A stretch of 64,000 nucleotides of DNA, taken from NCBI RefSeq assembly GCF_006345805.1, contig NC_042999.1:48608001-48672000 (forward strand), in the 5' to 3' direction. Below, piece by piece: positions 1-13,670 of the stretch (positions within the stretch are counted from its first letter, which is position 1; each line of letters begins with the position of its first letter). A model generated the notes under the pieces. It saw only the letters and a program-made list of their open reading frames with translations, was not told the origin of the DNA and ran no database searches. The position numbers were made by a program, and so were the translations under genes. The DNA comes from Octopus sinensis. Lineage: Eukaryota.

Positions 1-163
1 TTCAATATTTTATTCATTTTTTTTTTTTTACTAAATTAAGATATTGCTGATAATTTCAGTTCTACTAAATTATTTCTCCTGGAATTTTTAAACCGGTCAT
101 TATTGCATCTGCTGGAATTCTGAATTGTTTAACGTGGTGAAAATCTCCTTCATTGTGATTAAA

Positions 164-1135
164 ATGGCACCAAAAGGAAACTAATTGTCTGAAGACGTGA
201 AGAAAATTATTTTTAATTTGCACAAGAGTGGTTTAGAATACAATTTCATTAGTAAACGAATACATATTAGAAGTACAAATCTATTGGACGGCAAGCAATA
301 AACATAATCCAGGTCGTTCTTCCATTTTAACTCTGCTTGATATTCGCCACATCCTACGTTGCGTGATGGACGACAGGCATCGTATCCCTTTATCTTTGTC
401 CCAAGAAGTGTCTTCTTTTAGTGGAAGTAATCTGCCCAAACAGCTCACCAAATTTTCAACTAATGTGGTCTTCATGGGTGCATTCCACGTAGGAAGTCTC
501 TCCTCACTACCAGGCATAAATAAAGTCGTCTTTCTTTTGAAACTTTATGCGTGATTATATCTTCTGTCTTCATTTTGAGTCTTCATAGTCCTCTTTCATT
601 ATGTTTTTTTTTCATTCATTTTATTTTCTCTTTTATCTGTTTATATGCATTTTTCACTCGGTAGTCCTGTGCTATATAATTCTCCTTTGTTCAAAATGTA
701 AGTGGAAGGAGTTTCGGAATTTTTTTTTTTTTTTCTGACTTGAAGAAAATCAACTTGTTTCGGCCAGATATTATTAAACGAGTGTGGCGACGACCAGGTG
801 AAGATGATAACGACAAATGCACCGTGCCTGCATTGAAACACGGCGGCGGAACTGTTATACTTTTGGGGGTGCATGAGTGCTGCTGGTGTGGGGAGGACTC
901 ACATTAATTGAGGGAACAAGAGATTCAAGGCTTTATTGTGACATATTGAGCAAAACAATGCATTTATGTAAAATGTTAAAGGTGCTGTCTTGGCCTGCTA
1001 TGTCACCTGATTTAAACCCAACAGAACGTATGTGGTGTGTTTTGAAAACGAGGGTTGAGGAGAAGAAAAACCCGCAGCGTAACACAGTTGAATGACATCA
1101 TTCAGGATAAATGGAGGTAGATTTCATCGGTATAA
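164..1135 (+). mobile_element. Decayed Tc1/mariner (Tc1-type) transposase remnant, with stops, frameshifts and an unrelated internal segment (~380-700)
   Basis: ATG at 164 reads MAPKGN*LSEDVKKIIFNLHKSG (Tc1 N-terminus). 780-1095 gives VWRRPGE..CTVPALKHGGGTVIL.GCMSAAGVG and LSWPAMSPDLNPTERMW, matching the Tc1 HGGG and WPxxSPDLNPIE motifs. Confidence 0.8.
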
Positions 1136-2332
1136 GCAGAAACGTACTCGAGTCTATGTTCTTAATGCATTATTGCAGTCATTGATAGCAAATAAAGCTT
1201 TAGGGTGTATATATATGTGTGTATCGTTGGAAAATTAATACTGCTTTCATATCTTTGAAAACGTCTATTGTTTTGTGTTCCAAATTTGTATAATGTGTGC
1301 ATGTAGAATATATTTTATTCAGTATAACTTTCGTCTGATGTCCTTCGAATTATCAGAGTAATGGCAATTTCACTGAAAATGTTGGGGCGTGTACATACTC
1401 CTGTAAGATACTGTATGTATGTATGTATCTATCTATCTATATATATAAATATATATACATACATATATACATATATATATATGTATATATATGTACATAT
1501 TATACATATATACATATATATATGTATGTTTATACATAGAGAGAGACAGAGAAACAGAGACAAACAGAGAGAGTAATAAAAGTAAGAATTATTCTGAAGT
1601 AGCAATAGCATTATCTTATATATACATATATATATCTGTGTGTGTGTGAATGTGTGCGTGCGTAGAGGTGTAGAGAGAGGGGGAGGGAGGGATATTCAAT
1701 GAGATACATACATGCATACAACAATGCATTTAGAGATAGATATAATATCATATATACGCTTTTGAAGCATGAGTTTTATTAATATGTGTCTGAGCGAAAT
1801 ATTAGATAAATGCTGCTCTTTATCTTCTTTTCCTAATATAGGAAACACCGTATTTACAATATTGTCGCAATTTCATTATTATATAACTACATATACTTTA
1901 TTGACACATGGCGAACAATTTAAAATATCCGTATAACATTGTATAAATAAAAAAAAAAAAACAGCAATACCACAGTTCCAAAAATTAATAAATGTGAGCA
2001 GTTTTAGTAAAGATATAGTTGTACATTTGTTAGCTAATTCGCAAATCCATTACTCAGAGTTACTGAAAAGAGAGTGGTATCACATTGCTACGAAACAGTA
2101 AACAGCGTGTATGTCATTGTCCTGGTAACCTTGATATAGTGATGAATAACAGAAATTGGAAATATATTATTACTCGTCAATTTATAGAACTTAGATAAAT
2201 ATGGTTTAGTTATATACAGCGTCTTCAGCCAATATTACAATGAAACGTAAACACGATTATAGTAGCAAGACTAGATTTTAAGTATATTTCCCCGTCTCTC
2301 CATCTTAGCAGATATATGTTATTTTATACTAA

Positions 2333-2775
2333 ACTAGCAGTATAGCCCGGCGTTGCTCGGGTTTGTTTTTGGTTGCTCTTAAAACGGCAGACTTTGATGT
2401 CGCGTTAACAAAGTTTTGACATAGTTTCGATCGTTTTTGAAAAGTAAAACTTTTGCATTATATAGCTTGTTATTCTCTTTAACTGAACATTTTTCTGGTT
2501 GAAATACACCGAAAAATAGCGATACAGCAGTCAAAACACCGTAAAAAATAGGGATTTTCATAGAAAAAAAAGGACCTTTTTGATCTAAATAATTTTTGGT
2601 TTTAACATGGTCCGATTTGAATTATTTCTTCTATGGAATGAAGAGCAAGCCTTCTATCATACTCTCAATTTTGTTCAACTTGCGCCGCAGGGTTTCGAAG
2701 GAGATAGTGTTCGTTGAAAGGCTACCAAACCTGGCACACACACACACAGACAAATTCAGCTTTATATGTGTAGAT
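2333..2775 (+). mobile_element. Non-autonomous Helitron-like element
   Basis: Starts ACTAGCAGTATAGCCCGGCGTTGCTCGGG (subterminal hairpin), has a (CA)n near the 3' end, and ends TTCAGCTTTATATGTGTAGAT. This resembles invertebrate non-autonomous Helitrons; family recognised from memory only. Confidence 0.5.
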
Positions 2776-3009
2776 GACAAAAAATTGCGAATGCGCACTT
2801 ATCACACAGACAGTACCTAACTCATAGGTATACCCAAATGCACATACACATACATCAAATAAACATGTGCACAGCGTTTGCATTTTCGTATGCATATGTG
2901 CATGTATGCTTTCATAAGTATGCAGAACAGTTTCATAAAGAAGGCGTGTGTAACAAAACCTCATAAAAGCAATTAAATTTTAAGTTTAAATCAACAAGAC
3001 AAAATAAAT

Positions 3010-3129
3010 TATTTACTAATGGCATTCCAGTAAAACTATGTTTGCAGGCCGGTATCTGTATGATTGTGCATTACTTGTTAAAGCACCCACATATATAGTT
3101 GTGCGTCTTTGTGTGCGTATGTGCGCGTG

Positions 3130-3161
<32 letters not shown>

Positions 3162-3332
3162 CATATATATATGTATGTATGTATAAATGTGTGTATATAT
3201 ATATAAATGTGTGTCTATTTATGTATATATATATATATATATATGTGTGTGTTTGTGCGTACATATACTTTTATACTCAGAGAAAATCATATCTTCTATT
3301 CATATATAACTATAGATATAAATGCATTTTCG

Positions 3333-3366
<34 letters not shown>

Positions 3367-4136
3367 ACATACATATATATATATATCCATATATACATAT
3401 ACATCCACATAGATTTATATATATCTATATATATATATATATATGTATATATATAAATCTATATATATATATATGTATATATATACATATATATATATGC
3501 AAATATATATATATACATATATATATATGTAAATATATATATGTACATATATAAGTCTATGTCTGTGTTTTTTTGCGTATATGCTTGTATGTGTATGTGC
3601 GCGCTCGTATGTGCGTTTGTATTTGTAAATTGGTATTTGTGTATTTATGCAGATCGTATGAGTAGGTACGGGGAAAACAGAACGTGCGAGAAAATATATA
3701 ACGCTTAATTGGGTGCTACATATAATAGCATTTCCCCCTTTAAAATGCAATCAATAAACAATCATACATCACGATGCATCGATCAATGTTCAACATAAAA
3801 TCTATTAACGATTATGCACATTCAATATGGCAAGCATTCAACAGTAATTTGAGGAACAGATGCATATATGTGTATGTGTGCGTGTATATGTTTGCGTGTG
3901 TGTGTGTGTGTGTGGTGTGTGTGTGTGGGTATGTGTGTACAAACATAGTACAAGCGTGATGGCATCTTCTGCTGCAGTTTAAAGTACTTGTTGTGGCATT
4001 CAATTAATTTTACCATAAAATCTAATAAAATAAATTATGTCTATGTGTCTGCATTCGTGTATGTGTGCGTACGTGTAAATGCACGTACGTATACTTAGCA
4101 TACACTTCGTTTACGTCTGCTTTGAAATTCAAATGC

Positions 4137-4183
<47 letters not shown>

Positions 4184-4214
4184 TGTGTATGTGTGTGTAT
4201 GTGTTGAAATACAA

Positions 4215-4262
<48 letters not shown>

Positions 4263-4277
4263 ATATACGTGTGTGTG

Positions 4278-4309
<32 letters not shown>

Positions 4310-4357
4310 TATACGTGTGTGTGTATATATATGTATATATATATATATATACATACA

Positions 4358-4389
<32 letters not shown>

Positions 4390-4390
4390 C

Positions 4391-4421
<31 letters not shown>

Positions 4422-4450
4422 ATATATACGTGTGTGTGTATGTAATTATT
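3010..4450. repeat. (TA)n/(CA)n/(TACA)n microsatellite field, representative of dozens across the window
   Basis: Directly visible; source of the IYIY/CVCV ORFs in the supplied track. Confidence 0.95.
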
Positions 4451-5214
4451 TGTACACGCACACAGACATTCATACACATATTTCATATTCATGAATCACA
4501 TACCAGAGAACCGGAGGAAAAGTAGGGGCATTGTCTGTGTTTACAAAATCGCTACTTCACAGGTGTATTATTCAGATATTTTAGATTTTAGATTTATATC
4601 TTCCTAAATAAATAAATAAAAAAAAGAAGAAAGAACTAAATTTAATAAATTTATATTGTGATGAGAAATTCAGTTAGGTCACTAGGACTTGTAAGATATA
4701 TGCTATTCGAATAAATAGAGCGTTTAAATTGTATCTTAACACAATGAAGCGTTCGTGTATTTATGTGTTTCTGTATTGTTTGCTTTTATAGAGATTTAAA
4801 ATATTGCGTGTCTGCCAAAAATCTATCCGTTTCGGTTTTCACTGAGTATTTACTTTAAATATGAGTATTATGCTACAAAAGGGAACACACAGAATTATTA
4901 CCCATCCATAGATTGTTCACCGCCACTTAGGATTCAGACGATGTTAGTAGCTTAGAATATTTCAGTTGGCTGTTCATACATGTTTGTTGTATTTTATGCA
5001 TCTGAAGACAAAACTTGGCGGTGTGAATATATTCTGTCTAGGATTATATTTAAAAAGCAGTGTGATGGGCAAAAACTTAACAATTACATCCCACTTCTTT
5101 GGGTCATTTTTTTCATTAGTACCAAACCCCACCCGGCTCACAGACCTACGAATACTCCTATTCTGCTGCCAGTTAATGTAGACGCATGTTACTAGGTGCC
5201 CAATGCCCGGCATA

Positions 5215-5451
5215 CTATAATAGAGTTCCTAGGGAAGACTTGTCTTCACCGCAGTCCGGCAATACCTCCCCTATCTCCGCAGCTGTGATCTGCCCTTCAC
5301 AGCATTTTTTCTGAGTAGAAATGCAGCTCCACCTTCCGCTCCTGTAGAAAAATTTCTCGAAGCCATTTAGGAGTGGGAAAAAAGCCCGCAGTCCATACGG
5401 TTTGGCCTGTAGGACGTCTTGTATTTTTTCTCTGAGTTCAGTGTTATTCAC
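5215..5451 (-). mobile_element. Possible L1/Tx1-type LINE ORF2 fragment
   Basis: Translation CCEGQITAAEIGEVLPDCGEDKSSLG resembles the CEGxITxxE....KSPGxDG segment just upstream of the LINE RT domain. Confidence 0.4.
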
Positions 5452-6689
5452 AGTTATTGCGGTTAGATTTATTATTGTTTTCGGTTGTTGTGGGAGGGGA
5501 GTTTAGGATTCCTGTATGCTTGTGGTGGGTGCGTGTGTGTTCGTATCTGTGACCCATCTGAGCACACTTATAGCAGCAAGACCTTCGATCTTCCACCTTA
5601 ACCCTCGACCCCTATGATAACTTCATCTGCAATTTCTTCCAAATCCGAAGTGATAGAGTTTTGTCTCGTTTTCTCCTCTGTTTGAAACCGAACTTCAACG
5701 TTCGCGAATTTTTTCTACCTCTCGCCACATACGGTGTCTCCTGCCAGATAGGCTGGTGGTATTTCCTTTTGCTTCCTTAGAAGCTACATTTATATTTGTT
5801 TTGTTTTCACCGAAAAATGTCTTATAAATTATTGCTCTCGTTTTTGTAGTGTGTGTAATGTCGCCTTGTGGTGTCAGCTTTACATTGTTCTCCTACTTTT
5901 ATAGAAAGCAATTGTATTTATCCAATTCGTTGATATTCATGTTTACAGTTTTGCTATTAATGATAGCTATTGCTGAGAAATTTACAGTACTTTAGATTCT
6001 GGTAGTCCTGTCTTCATTTGTACATTGTCCTTTTTTCTTCTTTTTTGGGGGGTATTCAGTGACTCCGGGAATATTTCATCCACTAATTTAGGAAGTTCGC
6101 CATGGTGGACGTTTTTGGACGCTAACGTTGCTCACTTTTTTTTATCAAAAAATAATAATAAAAAGTTTCGCCCCTTTAAAAGGGGGAAAATCGCGAAAAA
6201 TAAATCTGCTAGTAGCAGCACGTGTGTTGTAATGACACCAAAACAAACAAATATTAATTCAACAAGAAGAATGTAACAATACCTATCATTCTCTCACGAA
6301 GCACAACTGCACTCTCCAGTATGGTTAAACAAAAAGCATAGGGGGAGAAGCTTGTATGAACATATCAGTGACAGAAATGAATAACAAAGAATTAATAAAA
6401 TAGAAAGAAAACGATAAAAATAAAATATAATAAAATTAAAAAAGAAAACAATGAATAATGCAATAATAAAATAAATAAGAATAAAATAATAAAATAGATA
6501 AAAAATATAGACAATTAAAATATGATAAATAGATAAAACAAAAGAATCAAAATAAACAAGTACAACAGTAACAGAAATAAACGAATATATAAACTAATAA
6601 AAAATGAATTAAATATAACGGAATAAAAAATAAAAGAATAAATGATAAGAGTTACAAGTAATAAATTAATTAATAAAATAATAAAAATG

Positions 6690-7520
6690 AGATAGAGTAA
6701 AAAATTATTTTCTGAGGAAGGTGTAGGAACACTGATTGACAGGTGGGAGTTGTGATGAGTCCGAAAGGAGTTTGGGTGTGTAGAGCAAAATGTAATTCTT
6801 TTCGAGGCGGAGTCAAGAGATGATGGAACTATTGTGTCGTCCAAGACTGAAGACGGTGATTTTTGCGGTGGAGTGGTTGACCAAGCGAAAATGATGGGCG
6901 ACGTGAGTGTTCGTACGTAAATGAAGATCTTATAGATGTTTGCTCAACCGGTCAGCTAGCCGGCGGCCCGTCTGACCAACGTAAATATTTTTGCAGAGAT
7001 TACTCCTGATGCAGTAAGTAAGGCTGGAAGAAGTGCAGGAGAAGGAGTTCCTAATATAGAGGGCATGCTTTTTGGATCTGGTGAAGAGGTGATGTGAGAG
7101 AAGAAGGGTGGCAACGGGATCTGGAGCAAGGGAAGGATCCGGGTTGGGCTTGAATGGGTGGGGAAGGGTGCTTAGGACCAGGAAATTGCGTAGGTTATGG
7201 GCGCGTTTGAAGAAGGGCAATGGGAAAAAATAGGAAGTGTGGTGGTATCTAGCTGGAGGCAACGAAAGTCCCGTGGGATCCTCCAACGAGGGGCAGGGTG
7301 GAGGGGTGGAAAACGTAGGGAAGAGGATACAGTTGGGAAGAGGGTATGGCACGTTTGGTGTGAGAGAGATGGGAGGAGGAAAAGTTCAGGTAGAGTTGGG
7401 AGTCCGTGGGTTTGAGGAAGGCAGAGTTGGTGAGATTGTGGGAGAGGAGATTACTGGAGGGATATCCAAGAATTTTGTAGAAGTATCAGAGATGTTAGAG
7501 GTAAATTGGAAAGAAGGATG
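6690..7520 (-). mobile_element. Penelope-like element 3' fragment (GIY-YIG endonuclease region)
   Basis: ORF 6930..7352 ends SFSCTSSSLTYCIRSNLCKNIYVGQTGRRLADRLSKHL, a PLE GIY-YIG signature. The downstream frame continues with the C-terminal tail. Confidence 0.8.
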
Positions 7521-10240
7521 AAAGTTAGAAACGAAAGAGACATATATTTATAACCCAAAATAAACTCTCACATATCATTAAATAATATACATCATACCTA
7601 TTGAGCCATTGGTGCATGACTACATTAATTAAATTAAAATCATATCAACATCTTATCTAGCTAAAACGCTTCCTACTTCGTTGACAATTACCTAACTTCT
7701 AAATTGTTTCAAGTTTACGAAAAGTTTTACGTTTACAAAAAGTTTTACGTTACGAAAACTTATACGTTTAAGAAGTGCAGATGCCCTCAAATATTGTTCC
7801 CTCATTTCCGAGTTGAAACTTCGCATTAGATGGCACCTTTCGCAATGTAATAATTATTTTCCCTCGTCTATCTATCTCACCGCTACAGTTAAATTATTAT
7901 ATGTGCGATGTTGAATTTAAGTATATTTTACAATATCATGTTTATAACAAAAATTTGTTGTTTCAAATGCACAGTAATCTAAATCACTTCAGCAAATTAA
8001 ATAGAAAGTGTTAATGCAATATATTCATTTTAAATATAAAGTAATCGACATATTGTAGAATATATATAATTTCTTTTTTTTTTCTTTCTAATCAACAAGT
8101 TTCAATAACTGTAATAATGTTCGAAAATTGCCTGTCGATAATGCATTATTTATTTGTTTAAACATCATCCTACGATTTACTGATAACAGTTTGATATTTT
8201 CTTTTTCTTTGAAACTGTAATTGCTATTAGCGACCTGAACAATGATATTAATAACATGTCGATTTCAGCTCATTAGAACTCAACTTTTTGTTTCCGTTAT
8301 TTATAACAATGTTAGATTATGGCTCATAATATTTCGGTTTCAAACGAGAGCAATATATATACGTATCCTAGGGTTATTTTACGCAGGATACACTGTTGGA
8401 CCTACATGATAAAAGGCGACTCAGACAACCGAAATTATTTGCGCACCGATTGTAAATCATATTTCTGTTTTTAGTGTTAGTTAGTCATCTTCCAGTAATC
8501 CTATTATCAGAGGAATTTCAACCGTGTTTTGTGTTCTGCTAACACAACAGCTCCTTTATAGGATCCAGTTAGCTCCAGACATCAGGAGAAACCACGTCCA
8601 GTTTCGGCTCTTATTCATCTACCGTTTTCACGTGGCGGGGCCCCCTTTCTGAGGTGTCTTCAGCTCTGGTGTTGGGTGCATGTCATCTTTCTTCTTTCTT
8701 CTGTTCCCTGGCCTCTTCGATGTAGCGTAAAGGAGTGTCAGCGGGCGACTGACTGTCTTATCAATTTTTTTTCCTTTAAATACCTGCTGCAAGTTGTCAC
8801 GTCACACTGTCTCAAATTTAACTAACCAATTAAGGTGCGTAGTCTCAGCCCACGTATTCCCTAAACGATACTATCATCTGTGAATCATCGAAGCTAATTC
8901 AGTGTCCGCTTGTCTCACCTAGTGATGTTATTTTCCGCCGGCATGTTATGACTATCAAGGTATTTTTGGTCTTCCCGCTTCAGCCATATATAGAAGCTGG
9001 CTTTTTCGACCGTCTCTTGTAATCTCCTTATTAGTTTTCTCATTCGGGTCTACATTGCACGTGGTAGTATCGCTTATGTGAGATAATCTGGTATGATTTA
9101 ATTGAAAGGTTCCTACGTGTCGCAGCTCAAATGACATGCTATAAATAACGACTAAATTATGCTATATCAAATATTTACATACGACACAACTATATACTTA
9201 AATTTACATTACATAATATGATCCCATAAGTATCGAAAAATGTTGGAATGGTGAAGGATCGAAATCTTTAAATCAAGAACTTTATTAATCAGTGCTGAAA
9301 TCACTGGTGCAATAACAATATCGGGTAATCATTATAACAACTAGAGACAAGGCAATTATTTCCATAATTAATCTTAGCTCTATGTGGGTTGTTTTTTAGA
9401 AAGTTGCGTCTTTTCTATACTTTGTGTTGTCCTTGTAATTACATCTACTTTAACGTAGCTTACTAATAATATGTGTGGAGTCAGTTTTAGATTATATAGG
9501 ATTGTGTGTTATGTTTTAGAGCGAGCTCTGTTCGACATTCAGCTTTCTTTTTAGTACTGATTTTTCATATTTTGATTTTGAAAAATGTATATTTACTTTC
9601 AAGCATATGCCCGCTTTTATTATCGCTTCAACCTCTCCTCGGCCTCATTCTGCATGAAATGAAGATAATGGTGCGTTGATACTGTGTTTTATAGTTGGCT
9701 TTAAGAGATCATAGGGATGATATCGGAATTGATAAAATCATAAATGACTGATCCAAAATTGTTTATGAGTTTAGATACGCTCAGTGTATGTTTCATGTGT
9801 TCTACACCTGAGTATTGATTTTTGTTAAGATTTTTGCTATTAATAGAACTCCCCAAACTAACCTATACATAACTTTGTAGAATTTCTTACAGGTTGGTTG
9901 TGTTATCACCTATGAATGCAATCGCATTTCATACTCTGTTCAATTGATTGTAAGTGTTAATATGTTTGTTTGTGTATATAGATGTCTACATACATTCATG
10001 CTTCAATCTATTTATATACACATGTGATATTGCATGAATATAAGTGAGCAATGTGTATGTATATATGTGCGCGTGTATGCATATGTACACATATAAGTAG
10101 AAGTGTATGTATTAAACGAACGCGCGCATACACATACATTTTTATATGTGTGCCTGTGTATTTTCGTGTGTTTTAATACGGGGCTGAAATAAACGGAAGA
10201 GAGTTGGTGAGGAAGTAACACCATGAAGAAGGTAATAAAA

Positions 10241-10461
10241 TAAAAATAAATGCGCCCTTTTAAAGCCTAGACAGGTTCATGGATCCGGTTTCCCGGTTTC
10301 TATGGCGTATGTATTCCCCAGCTGGATGGGACGTCAGTTCATCGCAGTGTTACTCATTTTTGCCAGCTGAGTGGACTGCAGCAACGTGAAATGAAGTGTT
10401 TTGCTCAAGGCCACAACGCGTCGCCCTGTCTAGGAATCGAAACCACAATCTTACGATCATG
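10241..10461 (-). mobile_element. 5'-truncated SINE with an 18-bp target-site duplication
   Basis: ATGAAGAAGGTAATAAAA at 10223-10240 and 10462-10479. The body shares its core (TTTGCCAGCTGAGTGGACTG..GCAACGTGAAAT) with the copy at 52138-52471. Confidence 0.8.
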
Positions 10462-13009
10462 ATGAAGAAGGTAATAAAAGTTTGTAGCTTGAAAAGACGT
10501 AGAAAGTAGGGAGTTTGATAATAAACGACAACGGAATGTACAGTGTTACAGAAAAAGCAAATCTTAGCTAATGAGTTAGATAATCACGAGGGAACGACTC
10601 AACATATATCTACCTATCCAAACTGAAAACAACACAAAATGTAAGCGCATTTAACTAAATTGTAAACCCATTAATTACAGCAGTTAGACTTTCTTGTTTT
10701 GCTAAGCCTTAGAAATAACAGCCGAAACATCCTATAACCTATAAGGTACATTCTAGCAATATAAAAGCGAATGACCTATTAGGTGCAAAAGAAATCTATA
10801 TTATAATTCTACTTATTCATTCGTTTATACATTAGGCTTGATTTAGTTATAGAAATAGGGATGTGGAGTGACTAAGAATTGAGAGAAGGACGGGGAATGA
10901 GAGAGTTTGAGAGGAATGACAGAGGTGGAGAAAGTGGAGGGGGTGGAATGTGTGAAAGATGGAGTGAAAGGTACAGGGAGGAGGAGTAAAAAAAAAGAAA
11001 TATAGAACAGTGAAGTGAGAAAGAAATAGAGAATGCGTTATGCTGTCACGTAGCTAGGTGAATGTTGAAGCGAAGAGCGAAAGATAAAGAATTAATAGTT
11101 ATTGCATGATTACGTGATTAACAAAATAGCTGAACGGGGAAATATAGAGAAAGTGAGTTAGAAATACAATGTTTAACCGAGTGGTTACGGTCTGGTAATG
11201 AAGTTAAAGAAAGTCAGATAGATAGTCAGGGGGAGAGAGAAAAAGAGAGAGAGAGGCAGTTATTTTGAGAGTGAAATCCAGAGAAGAGAGAGAAATAGTA
11301 GTGAAGTATTTGCTAGCCGAGGCATTAAGGTGTCACGGGATTAGTAAAAGTGAGATGTAAAGAGAAAGAGAGAAATGATAATGACGTGAAGAAGGGGATT
11401 AAATGGTAAAAAATCTGTTGAGGTAAGGAATAAAGGTAGAGAGAAAATGAAAGAGGGGTAAATATAAAATATTCAGCGGAGGGGAATGTTGAACATCATT
11501 TGTCGGAGTTGATAATACATTGGCAGATAGAAAAGTAGATATGAAACAAACAACTGGCCTGAAATGTAGTGAAAAACGGTCTTGGTTGGCAAGCAATTTA
11601 GACTGGTGTTTGTTACAGAAAACTAGAATGACGACGATGATGGTGATGGAAGTGGGGTGGTGAAAAATGTAGTATTTTTTTATTGAACTTAATTTTTTCA
11701 TCACCTACTTCTTAAATCACACGCATATATGCAATTATTTCTAATCTACTTTCTTGGAAATTGATGTTTGGTCATATAATATGGAGGTTACTGTTCTGGC
11801 TGTCTGCGAATTCGATCTGCATCAGCTTTCTTTTCTCTTTGTAACTTGAAGAGTGAAACTTTGTCTTCAAATAGGTTAAAAATATATGGGCATTGAAGAT
11901 AATAAGTTTGTATTTTCATAGATCCAATTTACTCTATTGGTACATTGGTATACCCTCGGTTTCCCCGTTCCTTATTTTGTGTATATCAGAAAGTAGATAC
12001 GATAGGAAAGCTGACTGAAAGTTCAACAGTTTCTTATACTATATGACAATCTAGACATATTCAGAATGGGAAATCATTTAACACTCAGCGGATCAATCAG
12101 ATGGTCTGGCTGTATGCCAGTTTATCAACGTATTCAGTATTTGTGTGTTTCGAACCTTCAAGCTTTTTACTCTGTTTTTCTCATCCCTTACCTTAGCTTT
12201 CTCACATATAGAATTATGTGTCGTGTAACTGTGCGCTGTGAACCATATTTTATGTTTCTAACTTATGAATAATGTTTAAATATATTCTAGTAATATTAAA
12301 AGCTATGGCACTAAATGGCAGCTAATGCCAGGCTAACATAATGTCTTATTTTCTTGATATCCCTACAACATTTTAGCTTTATTGTGGGGTAAATGGAGTT
12401 AAGATAATCATAATGTATTGCTTTCCACATGCCCTTTCAACGTTGATTATATTTTGCGTGCGACTGTGTAATAGGAAATGTTTCATTGGTCTTAATTTGT
12501 ATAAATTCATAAAAAAAAAGACATTGATTTATCTCATAATTTATTCGATTAATGACTCTTCCATACTAAGCAGGGTATCTAATTGATTTAATTCAATTCA
12601 CGTTATTCCGGGGTGAATTTAATGTGAAATTAGCGTATATATTTGATTGTAATCCTAGAACAACTTGTGATTTGAATCCATATGTTGCATTTGCATTTGC
12701 TAAACATCATCTTCTTTGGTGCAACTATTCAAGTTGATATATGAAAGGATTTCTTCCTGAAATCTACTAATCGAGGCTCCATCTATTGCAATTATTTATG
12801 GTGAATTTAAAGAAAAGAATATTCAAAATCATATTTTACAATTTCGTAAAATCTCATGGATTAGAACACAAAATGTTAAATATTCCGAGAATGTATTTGT
12901 TAAACAACTATCAACTCATAAAGTATCGTGCAATTTTGACGAAGCTAATACTTTCTCTTTCATTAATTCTTTTCACAATTTTAGCTTACTCTTTTACTCT
13001 TTTACCTGT

Positions 13010-13216
13010 TTCAGTCATTTTGACTGCGGCCATGCTAGAGCACCACCTTTAGTCAAGCAAATCGACCCCAGGACTTATTATTCGTAAGCCTACTACTTAT
13101 TCTATCGGTCACTTTTGCCGAACCGCTAAGTTACAGGGACGTAAATACACAAGCATCGGTTGTCAAGCGATGTTGGGGGGAGGCAAATGCAGACACAAAC
13201 ATACTCGCACGCACAA

Positions 13217-13251
<35 letters not shown>

Positions 13252-13362
13252 ATATATATTATATATAATATATATATATATAATATATAATATTATATAT
13301 ATATTATATATATTATTATATATATATATATATATCTATATATATATATATATATATATATC

Positions 13363-13415
<53 letters not shown>

Positions 13416-13433
13416 ATATATATTATATATATC

Positions 13434-13471
<38 letters not shown>

Positions 13472-13670
13472 ATATTATAATATATTATATATATATATAT
13501 TATATACGACGGGTTTCATTCAGTTTCCGTCTACCAAATCCACTCACAAGGCTTTGGTCGGCCCGAGGCTATAGTAGAAGACCCTTGCTCATGGTCCCAC
13601 GCAGTGGGACTGAAGCGGGAACCATGTGGCTGGTAAGCAAGCTACTTACCACACAGCCACTCTTACGCCT
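13010..13670 (-). mobile_element. tRNA-headed SINE (family A) split by an internal (CA)n/(TA)n tract
   Basis: A tRNA-like head on the minus strand ends near 13668 (GAGTGGCTGTGTGGTAAGTAGCTTGC). The body AAATCGACCCCAGGACTTA...GTCAAGCGATG recurs at ~23.0, 23.4, 40.6, 49.6 and 56.0 kb. Confidence 0.8.

Noticed and set aside
8600-8665. Minus-strand CTGAAGA...GAAA as an HHR
   Set aside because: No stem I pairing and only a 2-bp stem II.
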